From positions 1,393 through 65,392 of the forward strand of contig JACOYB010000009.1 in NCBI GenBank assembly GCA_016182085.1: 64,000 nucleotides of DNA, in the 5' to 3' direction. The DNA is from Candidatus Magasanikiibacteriota bacterium (GTDB taxonomy: Bacteria > Patescibacteriota > Patescibacteriia > Magasanikbacterales > GWA2-37-8). Shown here piece by piece: positions 17,405 through 27,310 of this stretch. Each line of letters begins with the position of its first letter. Position 1 is the first letter of the stretch. The notes below the pieces were generated by a model. It saw nothing but the letters and a program-made list of their open reading frames with translations. It was not told the origin of the DNA and ran no database searches. Made by a program: the position numbers and the translations under genes.

Positions 17405-19588
17405 TTAGTTGCTAGTTATTTTTACATTACCGCTTGAAATCCATTTGGCCATTTTGCTTGCTTCTTGGTCCTTACCTTTGCCGCCCATCGTAATAATCGT
17501 ATATTGTTTTTTAGTTTTAACGGATTCTATTACCATCATGGTAACCACGCCGGCCTCATCGGTAGATCCGCTTTTACTGGCGATAATTTTATAATTTTTT
17601 GTTCCCGCCGGAGCGTAAATTGTAGGGCTAGTGACCGTATGTTTGGCGGCTTTACCCGCTTCTTTAAATGTATAACCAGTTTTGGCTAGGGCAGTTTTTA
17701 TAGTGGCATTTTCCAAAACTTTGGTTATGATTTTTAAAGTATTGCGCGGGGTTGATTTGTTCTTAGCGTTCAAGCCGGTAACATCTACAATTGTGGTGTC
17801 ATCCGCGCCCCAGTTTTCCAATCTGGTTCTGATGTTTTCAATAAATGCGGTTTCCGAAGATGCACTGGAATTTTGAGCCATCATCCGAGCGGTATTATTG
17901 GTGGAACCGATAAGCATCGCACTAAATATGTCGGTATTAAGCAGGGTAGCACCATTTTTTAAAGGTACGTTTCGGCCGGATGATTTTTGTTTGGCGCTGG
18001 AAAATACGGATGATTTGGTAAGACTGAAATCTTGATTTAAGGCTTCGTATGCAACCAGCAGCTTGGTTAACGATGCCGAAGAACGAGCTTGATCTATATT
18101 TTTTCCGGAAATAATGCGACCGCTTGGGTATTCGGCAACCAAATATGCCGGAACCGAAGTTTTGAACAGGTCGTCAACTTTTACTTCGCTGTCTCCCAGA
18201 TATTTATTGCGAGAAGAAATAAGACTGCCGTTTATAAAGATAGGCTCGGCTTCCAAAATATTTACCAGGGTAATTGGGGCTACCACCAGGACATTTTCTC
18301 GTTTATATCCCAAGGCCGCGAATGTATCAACATCGGCAATTAAACGTTTCTTTCCATTTTCTATAACATATACATTACTGCTATCTTTTGTTCGTAACAA
18401 GGTGCCGTCTTTGAAATTAAGCGGAAGGTTGGCAACCTCTATATTTTTTATGTCTTTCAAGGTATGTTTTTCAACCGCTAAATTTTTATAATTTGTCGCA
18501 ACAATGCTTTTATCGGTAATTGGATATAAAACACTATCTTTGAGCAGGTAGTAGGTATTGTTAAGATCGGTAATTTGGTACACGATGCCTTGAGGCGCGG
18601 CAGTCTCGGTGGTAATAACAGAGCCTAGAGGGTAGCCGGCAATATCCGCGTCAGTTATGTCTATGAATTCATCTGGGTTATAACCCATTTTTCTGACAAC
18701 TTCAGCCGAAGCAAACGGACGCAGCGCATCATAATCTAACAGATAAAAACCGCCTGGAGTTTTAAGAATTGAGTAATTTGGAAAGGAAATTTCCGTACCA
18801 GTTTGATAATTGCTTAGTTCGGAATCGGGGACAGCCACAATCATTTTTGGGTCCGCGCGGCTAAGAAGCGTAGCTTGATTTTTAAATTTGCGTTTTACGT
18901 TATTTTGAATAAGCCAAACTTCGCTTGTTAATTCTGAACGCAACAAACTGCCGTTTGGATAAATTTGCGTGAACCAGGTATTCCAAATACGCCAGAAATT
19001 TTTATTGCCATGCAAGTGTGGGGTGTAGGTGTACAAAAAAGCCGTTGCCCAGCTTTGCGGAATAATAATCTGATTATCTATGGTGGTATTTTGATCTTTT
19101 TTCTTAACAAATGAACGATCGCTATTATTGTAGTACCAGCGGATAATACCGGCTGCGTTATCTACTTGTTTGCCAAAACCTTTGAATTTTAAAACATTCG
19201 GATCGCTGAGCGAACAGCTGTCGCAAACCCCGTAACCGGCAGCCCAATCCAGTTGCTTTTGAGTCGGCGCGTCATCGGTTACAAGGCTTTGTTCTTTTTG
19301 TAGCGTTACCAAAATATATTTTGGATTTATCTGGTATTCCAAAGCGGTTTGGTGGATAATTTCCGCGGCTGATTTTATTTGGCCGTTTAAATCCTCAGTC
19401 CTAAGAGTAGAAAGATAACTGCCTCTGTCTTCTAAAAATTTTTGTACATCACCCAAGCCCCAGTTGGCTGTGCTCTGCATTTCTTCATCGGAAATAATAA
19501 ATTGCGGGTTGAATTCTACGGCTGCTAGAGCGGCGGAAGAGGGAAGGAGAAGGAGAGCGGTGATAAAAAAAGTGATAATTTTTTGCAT
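17405..19588 (-). CDS. Secreted protein: large N-terminal region of unknown function plus C-terminal serine-type D-Ala-D-Ala carboxypeptidase (S11/PBP5-like) domain
   Basis: Signal peptide MQKIITFFITALLLLPSSAALA. 'ASLTK' (SxxK), 'STNN' and 'KSGST' (KTG-like) in the C-terminal 250 aa. Confidence 0.55.
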   Translation of the reverse strand: MQKIITFFITALLLLPSSAALAAVEFNPQFIISDEEMQSTANWGLGDVQKFLEDRGSYLSTLRTEDLNGQIKSAAEIIHQTALEYQINPKYILVTLQKEQSLVTDDAPTQKQLDWAAGYGVCDSCSLSDPNVLKFKGFGKQVDNAAGIIRWYYNNSDRSFVKKKDQNTTIDNQIIIPQSWATAFLYTYTPHLHGNKNFWRIWNTWFTQIYPNGSLLRSELTSEVWLIQNNVKRKFKNQATLLSRADPKMIVAVPDSELSNYQTGTEISFPNYSILKTPGGFYLLDYDALRPFASAEVVRKMGYNPDEFIDITDADIAGYPLGSVITTETAAPQGIVYQITDLNNTYYLLKDSVLYPITDKSIVATNYKNLAVEKHTLKDIKNIEVANLPLNFKDGTLLRTKDSSNVYVIENGKKRLIADVDTFAALGYKRENVLVVAPITLVNILEAEPIFINGSLISSRNKYLGDSEVKVDDLFKTSVPAYLVAEYPSGRIISGKNIDQARSSASLTKLLVAYEALNQDFSLTKSSVFSSAKQKSSGRNVPLKNGATLLNTDIFSAMLIGSTNNTARMMAQNSSASSETAFIENIRTRLENWGADDTTIVDVTGLNAKNKSTPRNTLKIITKVLENATIKTALAKTGYTFKEAGKAAKHTVTSPTIYAPAGTKNYKIIASKSGSTDEAGVVTMMVIESVKTKKQYTIITMGGKGKDQEASKMAKWISSGNVKITSN

Positions 19589-19741
19589 AGAAAATAAGGG
19601 AAAATAACAGGATTTCTTAATACCTAATTATAACACACTTTGCTTTGGCGCTCAATCTCTTATTTTTAGCCAAAAAATTGACTTTTATATATAAATTTGT
19701 TTATATATTCGCACGGATTTTACCGTAGAAGGACGTGTGCC

Positions 19742-20449
19742 ATGTTTGTTTCCTCTCTCGTTACGTTCAATCTGGCGGGGTTGTGCGATCTTCCGTCAGA
19801 TCTGGGGCGGTCGCTATCTGCTGGTGAGATCAGTCATATCCTTGAAGTGTGTGGAGCGCTTTGGCTCCATGATGGTGATGCTCATAGGCCGCATGCGGAA
19901 CTTACTTCAGGTAAGTGCAGCGATGGGTTTGTGAATGTGCAACAAGCACTTTGCCACACTCCAATCGCCGAGATCTTGGCTGACCAGCTGATGCTGAAAG
20001 TGAGTGATGTCTACCATGGCCCAGTAGATTGGGTTGCGGGTTCGGATCATGCCGCAGCCACCCTTTCGTATAGCGTTGCCGTCAGAAACCGTGCCAGGCA
20101 CGATTTTACGGAGAAGGGGGATGGCAAATCTCAGAAGTGGAGCCGGTTCAAGATCGGTCCGGGCGAAGCGGTTCTGCAGGTGGAGGAGTTGATCACCACA
20201 CTCTTGACGATGGAGGCCGTGCGAAAAGGTATTCGCGCCGCTCATGAGTGGAATATTACCTTTACTCCGGTTGTTGGAGTTTTGGTCAATCGATCTTCGG
20301 CACAGGAGTTTGAAGGAAGTCCGATCGTATCTCTGGCTACATACGATATCAAGACTTGGGAACCATCTGATTGTCCGTTGTGCGCGGCTGGTTCCAAGCG
20401 TGTGCGACCCAAGGCCAACTGGGTTGAGCTTACTGGTCGAGCTACCTGA
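19742..20449 (+). CDS. Orotate phosphoribosyltransferase-like type I PRTase (divergent PRPP loop), G+C-rich
   Basis: 'AELTSGKCSDGF', 'PVDWVAGSDHAAATLSYSVAV' and 'VLQVEELITTLLTMEA' align with PyrE regions. The Gly of the canonical TAG(T/S) is replaced. RBS 'agaagga'. G+C far above the genome background. Confidence 0.5.
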   Translation: MFVSSLVTFNLAGLCDLPSDLGRSLSAGEISHILEVCGALWLHDGDAHRPHAELTSGKCSDGFVNVQQALCHTPIAEILADQLMLKVSDVYHGPVDWVAGSDHAAATLSYSVAVRNRARHDFTEKGDGKSQKWSRFKIGPGEAVLQVEELITTLLTMEAVRKGIRAAHEWNITFTPVVGVLVNRSSAQEFEGSPIVSLATYDIKTWEPSDCPLCAAGSKRVRPKANWVELTGRAT

Positions 20450-20492
20450 CGAGCTGGCAACTAGAGTCTGTTTAGAATCGGAGGGTTTAATG

Positions 20493-20559
20493 AAACTGCC
20501 CGTCGATTCGTTAGATTTTTATAATAGAAATTTAGCGAATCGGGCAGTTTTTGTTTTTT
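20493..20559 (+). terminator. Intrinsic terminator after the OPRT-like gene
   Basis: Stem 'aaactgcccgtcgattcg' … 'cgaatcgggcagttt' followed by 'ttgtttttt'. Confidence 0.55.
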
Positions 20560-20651
20560 AGAAATTTTGACATACCTTTTTACTTGCTATAGACTTCTTT
20601 CACAAGAAGGGCTTACAACAAGCCCATCACAATTTGGGGAGGTATTTTGTC

Positions 20652-21350
20652 ATGATGCAATCGCGTTTGACTGCCAATCATGTTGTTCTAGCCGCCGACA
20701 CCCTTACACTCGAGCAGTGTTTGCGGCTCGGTCCGCTCATCGGCAATCGCGTCTACGCCGTCAAGATCCATGTCCTGTGGGATCGGCATGGGCCATCGGT
20801 CGTCAATCAGCTCAAGGAAGCTGGTTTCCGTCGGGTTTGGGTGGACCTAAAGCTGCACGATACCTCGGACACTGTCGCATTGCGCGCGAAAGAGGTGGCT
20901 GAGGCTGGAGGTGATATTGTGAGTGTGCACATATCTGGCGGCAAGAGGATGATGCAGGCTGCGAAGAAGTCAGGGATTAAGGTCTTCGGCATCACCATCC
21001 TTACCTCGCTTGAAGAGCGTGAGGTGATGGAGGTCTACCGTAGCGACGTGCTGCAGAACGTGATGTCGCTTGCGCTCAAGGCAAAGCAAGCGGGGATCGA
21101 TGGGGTCGTCTGTTCACCGCGAGAAGTTGTGGTGCTTGCTAGCTGGAACGAACTCGCTGGTCTCAAGTTCGTCACTCCCGGTGTTCGTTCGCCGGGAAAG
21201 GAAGTTCATGATCAGAAGCGTGTGGGTACGCCAGCCAAGGCCAGGGAGGACGGTTCCAACCTTCTTGTCATGGGTCGTCAGCTCACGGAGGCGGAAGATC
21301 CGGTTGTTGAGCTGGATCATGTCGAGGGGGAACTCAGCCTGCCCTCGTGA
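20652..21350 (+). CDS. pyrF: Orotidine 5'-phosphate decarboxylase
   Basis: 'DLKLHD' (DxKxxD), 'GGKRMMQAA', 'ILTS', 'GIDGVVCSPRE', 'VTPGVR', 'DQKRVGTP' and 'LVMGRQLTEAEDP' align with PyrF. RBS 'gggagg' 8 nt upstream of the ATGATG. G+C-rich. Confidence 0.8.
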   Translation: MMQSRLTANHVVLAADTLTLEQCLRLGPLIGNRVYAVKIHVLWDRHGPSVVNQLKEAGFRRVWVDLKLHDTSDTVALRAKEVAEAGGDIVSVHISGGKRMMQAAKKSGIKVFGITILTSLEEREVMEVYRSDVLQNVMSLALKAKQAGIDGVVCSPREVVVLASWNELAGLKFVTPGVRSPGKEVHDQKRVGTPAKAREDGSNLLVMGRQLTEAEDPVVELDHVEGELSLPS

Positions 21351-21481
21351 GGTACACTTCGTCGGTTGTTCTGTCGCTACAAGAAGTGATAGAACAGTCA
21401 GCAAGGTCTCCTGTTGTTGCTGTGCTAAATATTTATTAATTTAGTAGAGCAACGGAGATCTTGAAAATAGGAATTATAAAT

Positions 21482-21516
21482 AAACCGCTCAATTTCTCGA
21501 GCGGTTTATTTATTTT
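21482..21516. terminator. Bidirectional intrinsic terminator between pyrF (+) and clpB (-)
   Basis: 'aaaccgctc aatttct cgagcggttt', then 'atttatttt' on the + strand and U-rich sequence on the - strand. Confidence 0.6.
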
Positions 21517-21543
21517 AATTTCCGAGTATGTATGAAAAATACC

Positions 21544-24177
21544 TTAGTGCTTTTCCAAAACAATTTTATTTCTTCCCGCGCTTACCTTTACCATATCGCC
21601 AGGTTTAAACCGTTTTTCAATCAAATCCATGGCCAGTAAATCCAGAAGTTCCGTTTGAATAACTCGTTTCAGCGGTCTGGCGCCATAATTTTCATCAAAA
21701 CCTTTTTTAACCAAATATTTTTCGGCGCTGGCATCAATCTCAAGCGTAATTTTTTGTTGCAATAATCGTTCCTTTACTTTTTCCAGCTGCAATTTTACAA
21801 TGCGGGAAATATCTTTTTCAGTTAAGGAATGGAAAATGATAATATCATCTATACGGTTTAAGAATTCCGGTTTAAAATGGTTTTTTAACCCCTCCATGAT
21901 TTTTTCTTTCATGGTTTTTTCGTTACGGTTTGTTTCGCTGCCATTGAAACCAAATTCACCCTTTTTATTCCAATCAAGAATTAAATTGCTGCCAATGTTG
22001 CTGGTCATAATTACCACCGTATTTTTGAAGTTTACTTTTCTTCCTTTGGCATCGGTCACATGGCCGTCATCCAAAATTTGCAACAAAATATTAAAGACAT
22101 CCGGGTGCGCTTTTTCAATTTCATCAAAAAGTATGACCGAATATGGTTTGCGGCGTACAATTTCCGTAATTTGGCCGCCTTCCTCAAAGCCTACGTATCC
22201 GGGAGGGGAGCCGATAATTTTGGAAACTGCGTGTTTTTCCATATATTCACTCATATCCACGCGGATCATGGCATTTTCCGTATCAAACATAAATTCAGCC
22301 AGCGCTTTGGCAAGTTCGGTTTTACCAACACCCGTTGGGCCTAGAAAAATAAACGACCCGATAGGGCGGTTTGGTTCGGCAATACCCGCACGCGAACGGC
22401 GAATAGCGTTGGAAACCGCTTTTACCGCTTCTTCCTGGCCCACCACTCGTTTGGCCAAATCATTTTCCATGTGGGCTAATTTTTCCGCTTCGGTCATCAG
22501 CATTTTGTATACCGGAATGCCGGTCCAGCGAGCCACAACCCTAGCAATGTCTTGTTCGGTAACTTCTTCCTTTAGAATGCCGCTGCTTTTTTGAATATTA
22601 GCGAGCTTGATTTCTTCCTGGCGCACCTCGGCTTCCAAAGCCGGAATTTTTCCATACCTAATTTCGGCTACTTTTTGCAAGTCGCCACGGCGTTCCTCAA
22701 TTTCCGCTTTTTGGCGGATTTCCTCAATTTCTTTTTTATGTTTATGAATGCTGGTGATAATTTCTTTTTCATTTTTCCATCGGGCCTCCAGTTCGGTGCT
22801 TCTATCTTTAAGTTCCGCCAGGTCTTTTTCAATTTTTTCCAATCGTTCCTGAGCTTCCTTTTCTTTTTCTTTTTTTAAAGCGCGTTTTTCAATTTCCAAT
22901 TTCATCATGGCCCGTTTCATTTTATCTAGTTCATCGGGCATGGAGTCTATTTGCAAACGCAAAGCGGAAGTCGCTTCATCTATTAGGTCTATAGCTTTGT
23001 CCGGCAAGAAACGATCAGCAATATAGCGCTGCGACAAATCCACGGCCGCCAAAATCGCCGTATCGGTAATACGCACACCATGATGCACTTCGTATTTTTC
23101 TTTAATTCCGCGCAAGATAGCGATAGCATCATCGCGAGATGGCTCGTTTACCATTACCGGTTGGAAACGTCGCTCCAAGGCCGCGTCTTTTTCTATGTAT
23201 TTTTGATATTCTTTTAGAGTCGTAGCGCCAATCGTATGCAGTGTGCCGCGAGATAGAGCTGGTTTAAGCATATTGGATGCGTCCATTGATCCTTCGGAAG
23301 AGCCGGCACCAACAATCGTATGCAGTTCGTCAATAAACAAAATTATTTTGCCAGCAGATTGATCTATTTCTTTTAACACGGCCTTAAGACGGTCTTCAAA
23401 TTCACCGCGGAATTTGGTGCCGGCAAGCAAGGCGCCAATATCCAGCGTGATTACTTCTTTATTTTTTAATGATTCCGGAACATCGCCGTTTACAATTCGT
23501 TGCGCCAAACCTTCGGCAATAGCTGTTTTACCGGTTCCAGGTTCACCGATAAGTACCGGATTATTTTTTGTACGGCGGCTTAAAATTTGAATAACACGGC
23601 GAATTTCATCGTCGCGGCCAATTACGGGATCAAGTTTTTCTTTGTATGCCAAATCAGTTAAATTTTTTCCATACTTTTCCAAGACATTATATTTACTTTC
23701 GGGTTCCGGACTATCTACTTTTTGGTTGCCGCGAATGCCGGCCAAAACTTTTAAGGTTTCATCGTAGTTTACAGTGTTAGCTGCCAGCAAGTCGTGTATT
23801 GGATTATGGCCAACTAAAAAAGATAAGAACAAATGTTCCACGCTAATATATTCATCTCCCATTTTTTTGGCTTCACCGACGGCAGTTTGGAAAATATAAA
23901 TCATGCCCTGGCTAAGCAAGATTTGGCCAATGCCGCCAGCAGGCATAGCGCCGGGCTGTTTAGGCAATTTGTCTATCAAACTTTGCGCGCCGGCTTTAAG
24001 GGCAATGATATTGGCATTGAATTTATGTAACACTGAAACAACTACACCATCGGTATCTTCCAGTAAGGCAAAAAATAGGTGGGGAGGTTCAATTTGGCTT
24101 TGCCCGTTTTCATAAGCGATTCGGGCGGCATTTTGGATAATTTCTTGGGATTTATTTGTAAAGTTTTGGGGAATCAT
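21544..24177 (-). CDS. clpB: ATP-dependent chaperone ClpB
   Basis: N-domain, two AAA+ modules ([16 protein letters not shown]) and a long coiled-coil M-domain; about 877 aa. The GTG at 24219 in the ORF track reads through the operator-like palindrome, so the ATG at 24177 is preferred. Confidence 0.85.
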   Translation of the reverse strand: MIPQNFTNKSQEIIQNAARIAYENGQSQIEPPHLFFALLEDTDGVVVSVLHKFNANIIALKAGAQSLIDKLPKQPGAMPAGGIGQILLSQGMIYIFQTAVGEAKKMGDEYISVEHLFLSFLVGHNPIHDLLAANTVNYDETLKVLAGIRGNQKVDSPEPESKYNVLEKYGKNLTDLAYKEKLDPVIGRDDEIRRVIQILSRRTKNNPVLIGEPGTGKTAIAEGLAQRIVNGDVPESLKNKEVITLDIGALLAGTKFRGEFEDRLKAVLKEIDQSAGKIILFIDELHTIVGAGSSEGSMDASNMLKPALSRGTLHTIGATTLKEYQKYIEKDAALERRFQPVMVNEPSRDDAIAILRGIKEKYEVHHGVRITDTAILAAVDLSQRYIADRFLPDKAIDLIDEATSALRLQIDSMPDELDKMKRAMMKLEIEKRALKKEKEKEAQERLEKIEKDLAELKDRSTELEARWKNEKEIITSIHKHKKEIEEIRQKAEIEERRGDLQKVAEIRYGKIPALEAEVRQEEIKLANIQKSSGILKEEVTEQDIARVVARWTGIPVYKMLMTEAEKLAHMENDLAKRVVGQEEAVKAVSNAIRRSRAGIAEPNRPIGSFIFLGPTGVGKTELAKALAEFMFDTENAMIRVDMSEYMEKHAVSKIIGSPPGYVGFEEGGQITEIVRRKPYSVILFDEIEKAHPDVFNILLQILDDGHVTDAKGRKVNFKNTVVIMTSNIGSNLILDWNKKGEFGFNGSETNRNEKTMKEKIMEGLKNHFKPEFLNRIDDIIIFHSLTEKDISRIVKLQLEKVKERLLQQKITLEIDASAEKYLVKKGFDENYGARPLKRVIQTELLDLLAMDLIEKRFKPGDMVKVSAGRNKIVLEKH

Positions 24178-24212
24178 ATATAGGGGGTAGTTAAGTAAAG
24201 AGTAGGGAGTAG

Positions 24213-24239
24213 TTATCACTCTATAGATAGGAGTGATAA
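24213..24239. promoter_or_regulatory. CIRCE-like inverted repeat TTATCACTC-N9-GAGTGATAA upstream of clpB
   Basis: One mismatch per arm relative to the HrcA operator consensus TTAGCACTC-N9-GAGTGCTAA; about 36 nt upstream of the preferred clpB start. Confidence 0.45.
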
Positions 24240-24305
24240 CAGTATAGCATCTTGTTAAATCATGTCAAGTTTGATAGTATTTTCATTATATTCTAGCATA
24301 ACCGC

Positions 24306-25007
24306 ATGGCAAATACGAATAAAAAAATCATTCCAGAACATATAGCTATAATTTTAGATGGCAATCGCCGTTGGGCCAAAGAAAGAAGCTTGCCTACTTT
24401 TTTTGGCCATAAAAAGGGTATGGAGAATGCCAAAAAAATAGTTATATACGCGCAAAAAGTTGGGATAAAAATTATTACCATGTTTGCCTTTTCTACGGAA
24501 AATTGGTCGCGTTCGGAAAAAGAAGTAAATTATCTCATGAAGCTTTTTGAAAATTATTTGGATAAATACATTGATGAGTATCATAAACGCGGCATAAAAT
24601 TCAGGCATATTGGCGCGTTGGAAAAATTACCTGTGTCGCTGCAAAAGAAAATTAAAAATGCCGTTGAGTTAACCAAAAATAATACAGGCATTGTTGCTAA
24701 TTTGGCTCTAAACTATGGTGGCCGAGATGAGATAAAAAGAGCTGTGCAAAAATTGATAAGTGAGGGAGTGAAAGCTGGTGATATTACTTTAGATTTAATT
24801 AGTGAAAGTTTGGATACGGCTGGATTACCAGATCCAGATTTAATTATTCGTACTTCTGGTGAACAGAGAACTTCTGGTTTTTTAATTTGGCAGGGCGCAT
24901 ATAGCGAACTGTATTTTCCGAAATGTCATTGGCCGGATTTTGATGAAAAAGAATTTGATAAAGCAATAAAAGAATTTAATAAGAGACAAAGACGGTTTGG
25001 AAAGTAA
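24306..25007 (+). CDS. uppS: Undecaprenyl-diphosphate synthase
   Basis: 'HIAIILDGNRRWA', 'FAFSTENWSR' and 'IRTSGEQRTSGFLIWQ'. Confidence 0.85.
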   Translation: MANTNKKIIPEHIAIILDGNRRWAKERSLPTFFGHKKGMENAKKIVIYAQKVGIKIITMFAFSTENWSRSEKEVNYLMKLFENYLDKYIDEYHKRGIKFRHIGALEKLPVSLQKKIKNAVELTKNNTGIVANLALNYGGRDEIKRAVQKLISEGVKAGDITLDLISESLDTAGLPDPDLIIRTSGEQRTSGFLIWQGAYSELYFPKCHWPDFDEKEFDKAIKEFNKRQRRFGK

Positions 25008-25013
25008 TTTTAT

Positions 25014-26330
25014 ATGAATAACCCAGAAAATCCTCAAGAATTATTAGAATGCTTTGACGAACAAGGTGTTATTATCGAGCCTCATACCCGTACGGAAGTG
25101 CATGCTAAGCCTTTACAGTATTGGCACGGTGTCGTCAATGTTTGGCTTGTAAATAGCGCTGGTGAGTTGCTATGCTCAAAACGTGCCGAAAATTTGTCTG
25201 GCAATCCGGGGAAATGGCAAACTTATTTTGGCGGACATATAAAAGCCGGGAAAAGTTTTAAAGAAAATGCGGTGTTGGAATTAAATGAAGAGGCGGGTGT
25301 AGAGATTGATCAAAATAACTTATTTTTAATTGCAAAAGGTACGAACGATGCGGATAAGCATTATTTTGAAAGTTATGCGTATTTATTTAATGGTTCAGTT
25401 AATGATTTGAAATTTAATGATGGAGAAGTAACTGAAGCCAGGTGGTATACAATGGGCAATTATTGGGCAGAAAGAAATAAAAATTTAGAAAATTGGTGCA
25501 ATGGCTGTAAACCTGAGAATCAGGAATTGATTAAAAATTGGTTAGCCTTAAGTACACAAATTTTAGGTATAAATGTTAGCAATATATCTAAAAAAAGTGC
25601 TTTGGAAAAAGTAGTTGAGTTTTTAAAATCGGATAATCAATATAAAATATTTACACCAAATCCGGAAATGGTAGTAAAAGCACAAAAAGACGAATATTTT
25701 AAACAAGTTTTAAATAGCGGTGATTTGAATTTGTGTGATGGTATGGGCCTGCAGATTTTTACTGGAATAAAACGAATTCCAGGTGTAGATTTTATGTTAG
25801 AAGTTTGTAAGTTAGTGGCGGAGCAGGGGAGAGGAGTCTATTTATTGGGTTCTGGAAATGACAAGGTGGTACAAGGTGCTTGCCAAGAGTTAAGCAAAAA
25901 ATTTCCTAATTTAAAAATATCTGGGTATAACAAAGGGCCGGTATTGCAAGAGGTTTGTCATTCTGAGCAGAGCGAAGAATCCCTCTTGTCCGAACGAAAG
26001 GGATCCTTCACGTCCGTTCAGGATGACAGCGTTATTGTAAATGAGATTAATCAATCTGGAGCGGCAGTTTTATTTGTCGCCTTTGGCATGGGTAAGCAAG
26101 AAAAATGGATTTATGAAAATTTAAGCAAAATGCCGAATGTAAAAGTGGCTATGGGAGTGGGTGGAGCATTTGATTTTATATCTGGAAAAATAAACCGCGC
26201 CCCTTTATTTTTACGTAAGTCTGGGTTAGAATGGGTCTATCGTTTGATCCGGGAACCAAAGCGAATCGGCAGGATTTTTAACGCGACTATTAAATTTTGC
26301 TACCTGGTATTTAAGAGAAAAATATTATAA
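25014..26330 (+). CDS. Fusion: N-terminal Nudix-like domain (degenerate box) plus C-terminal WecB/TagA/CpsF (GT26) glycosyltransferase; carries an in-frame hairpin-repeat insertion
   Basis: Nudix-like 'GGHIKAGKSFKENAVLELNEEAGV' (REx2EE reduced to LEx2EE). GT26 motifs 'NPEMVV…CDGMGL…', 'LLGSGNDKV' and 'GVGGAFDFISGKINRAP…WVYRLIREPKR'. Repeat-encoded segment 'CHSEQSEESLLSERKGSFTSVQDDS' (nt 25955-26032). Confidence 0.6.
   Translation: MNNPENPQELLECFDEQGVIIEPHTRTEVHAKPLQYWHGVVNVWLVNSAGELLCSKRAENLSGNPGKWQTYFGGHIKAGKSFKENAVLELNEEAGVEIDQNNLFLIAKGTNDADKHYFESYAYLFNGSVNDLKFNDGEVTEARWYTMGNYWAERNKNLENWCNGCKPENQELIKNWLALSTQILGINVSNISKKSALEKVVEFLKSDNQYKIFTPNPEMVVKAQKDEYFKQVLNSGDLNLCDGMGLQIFTGIKRIPGVDFMLEVCKLVAEQGRGVYLLGSGNDKVVQGACQELSKKFPNLKISGYNKGPVLQEVCHSEQSEESLLSERKGSFTSVQDDSVIVNEINQSGAAVLFVAFGMGKQEKWIYENLSKMPNVKVAMGVGGAFDFISGKINRAPLFLRKSGLEWVYRLIREPKRIGRIFNATIKFCYLVFKRKIL
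25955..26032. repeat. Hairpin repeat (back-to-back arms) inserted in-frame in the Nudix-GT26 gene
   Basis: 'tgtcattctgagcagagcgaagaatccctcttgtccgaacgaaagggatccttcacgtccgttcaggatgacag'. Confidence 0.7.
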
Positions 26331-26334
26331 TTTT

Positions 26335-27288
26335 ATGGCTGAAAAGTTTAGACCAGATTTTCTTTCTGCAACTCCAGATATTCAAGTTGGCCCGTTAGCT
26401 AACGATGAATACGGAGAAGGATATTTGGTGCGTGTGGGTAACCTGGAAGGTCTGCCGGAGCATGTTAAAGAGCAAGTTCCTAATGGCTTTGTTTTAAAAG
26501 AGTATAAATCATTTGTAGCAAATTATGGCACAGGCCTAATGACTGGAGGGGGTATATTTTCTCTTGTGCCAGGCCCAGAGCGGAATTTTGTATTAAGTTT
26601 GAAAGCCGCGATAGAAAATTTTGCGCGAAAAAATAAGCGTTTTCCTTCCGAAGAAGAAGTTAGAGTAGAAATTGTTGCGGACTCATCCTTTCAAGATCAA
26701 TTTGGCGGTAGGGCCGCCTGCAAAGATCTTTACTATCGAACTTACACTAAAGCGGCTGAAGCAGAACTATTACGTAGACACACAGTTATAAAAAACTATT
26801 TTGCTAAATCTTTACCCGACCTTGTTGTGCCAACACGTATTTTTATAGATAATGATGTGAAAGTTAAAGAAAAACGTATATATGAACTTCAGCCCCGCGT
26901 AGAGGCCGTGCCCTTTAAAAAATCAGAAGGAGCAGGGGTATTTGATTCAGAAACAGGACGAACAATGATAGGGTGGGATGTGGGGGAAGCATTTATTCAA
27001 CGTATTAAAGAAAAATTTCCAAAAAAGATACCTTTATTTAAAAAAGAGCTTATTACTTTTATTGAACAAATAAAAAAAATGCCTTCCGAAACAGGCTATC
27101 TGCCTTATGATTGTGCCCACCTTTCTAATCTGTTATTCACAGAAAATGGATTAAGACTAGCGGACACAAATGCGGTTATCCCGATTCCATCCGAACCATC
27201 TGAGGAGGAAAAAGAGCATATTGAGATATATATGGAACACTTTAACCACGATATAAAAACACTGGAGTTATTAGAGGCAAGACTGTAA
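26335..27288 (+). CDS. Hypothetical protein
   Basis: 317-aa ORF; a weak kinase-like 'HLSNLLF…LADTN' stretch (speculative). Confidence 0.35.
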   Translation: MAEKFRPDFLSATPDIQVGPLANDEYGEGYLVRVGNLEGLPEHVKEQVPNGFVLKEYKSFVANYGTGLMTGGGIFSLVPGPERNFVLSLKAAIENFARKNKRFPSEEEVRVEIVADSSFQDQFGGRAACKDLYYRTYTKAAEAELLRRHTVIKNYFAKSLPDLVVPTRIFIDNDVKVKEKRIYELQPRVEAVPFKKSEGAGVFDSETGRTMIGWDVGEAFIQRIKEKFPKKIPLFKKELITFIEQIKKMPSETGYLPYDCAHLSNLLFTENGLRLADTNAVIPIPSEPSEEEKEHIEIYMEHFNHDIKTLELLEARL

Positions 27289-27310
27289 ATTATGATTATT
27301 TAATATTTTT

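Noticed and set aside
19697-19741. Upstream extension of the OPRT-like ORF (MFIYSHGFYRRRTCA…)
   Set aside because: It covers the AT-rich promoter region. The internal ATG at 19742 has an RBS and begins the compositionally coherent gene.
21800-22878. Long antisense ORFs (21800..22594, 22060..22344, 22591..22878) inside clpB
   Set aside because: They lie opposite a confidently identified, motif-rich clpB reading frame. They are low-complexity (F/S/L-rich), as is typical of antisense frames of AT-rich genes.
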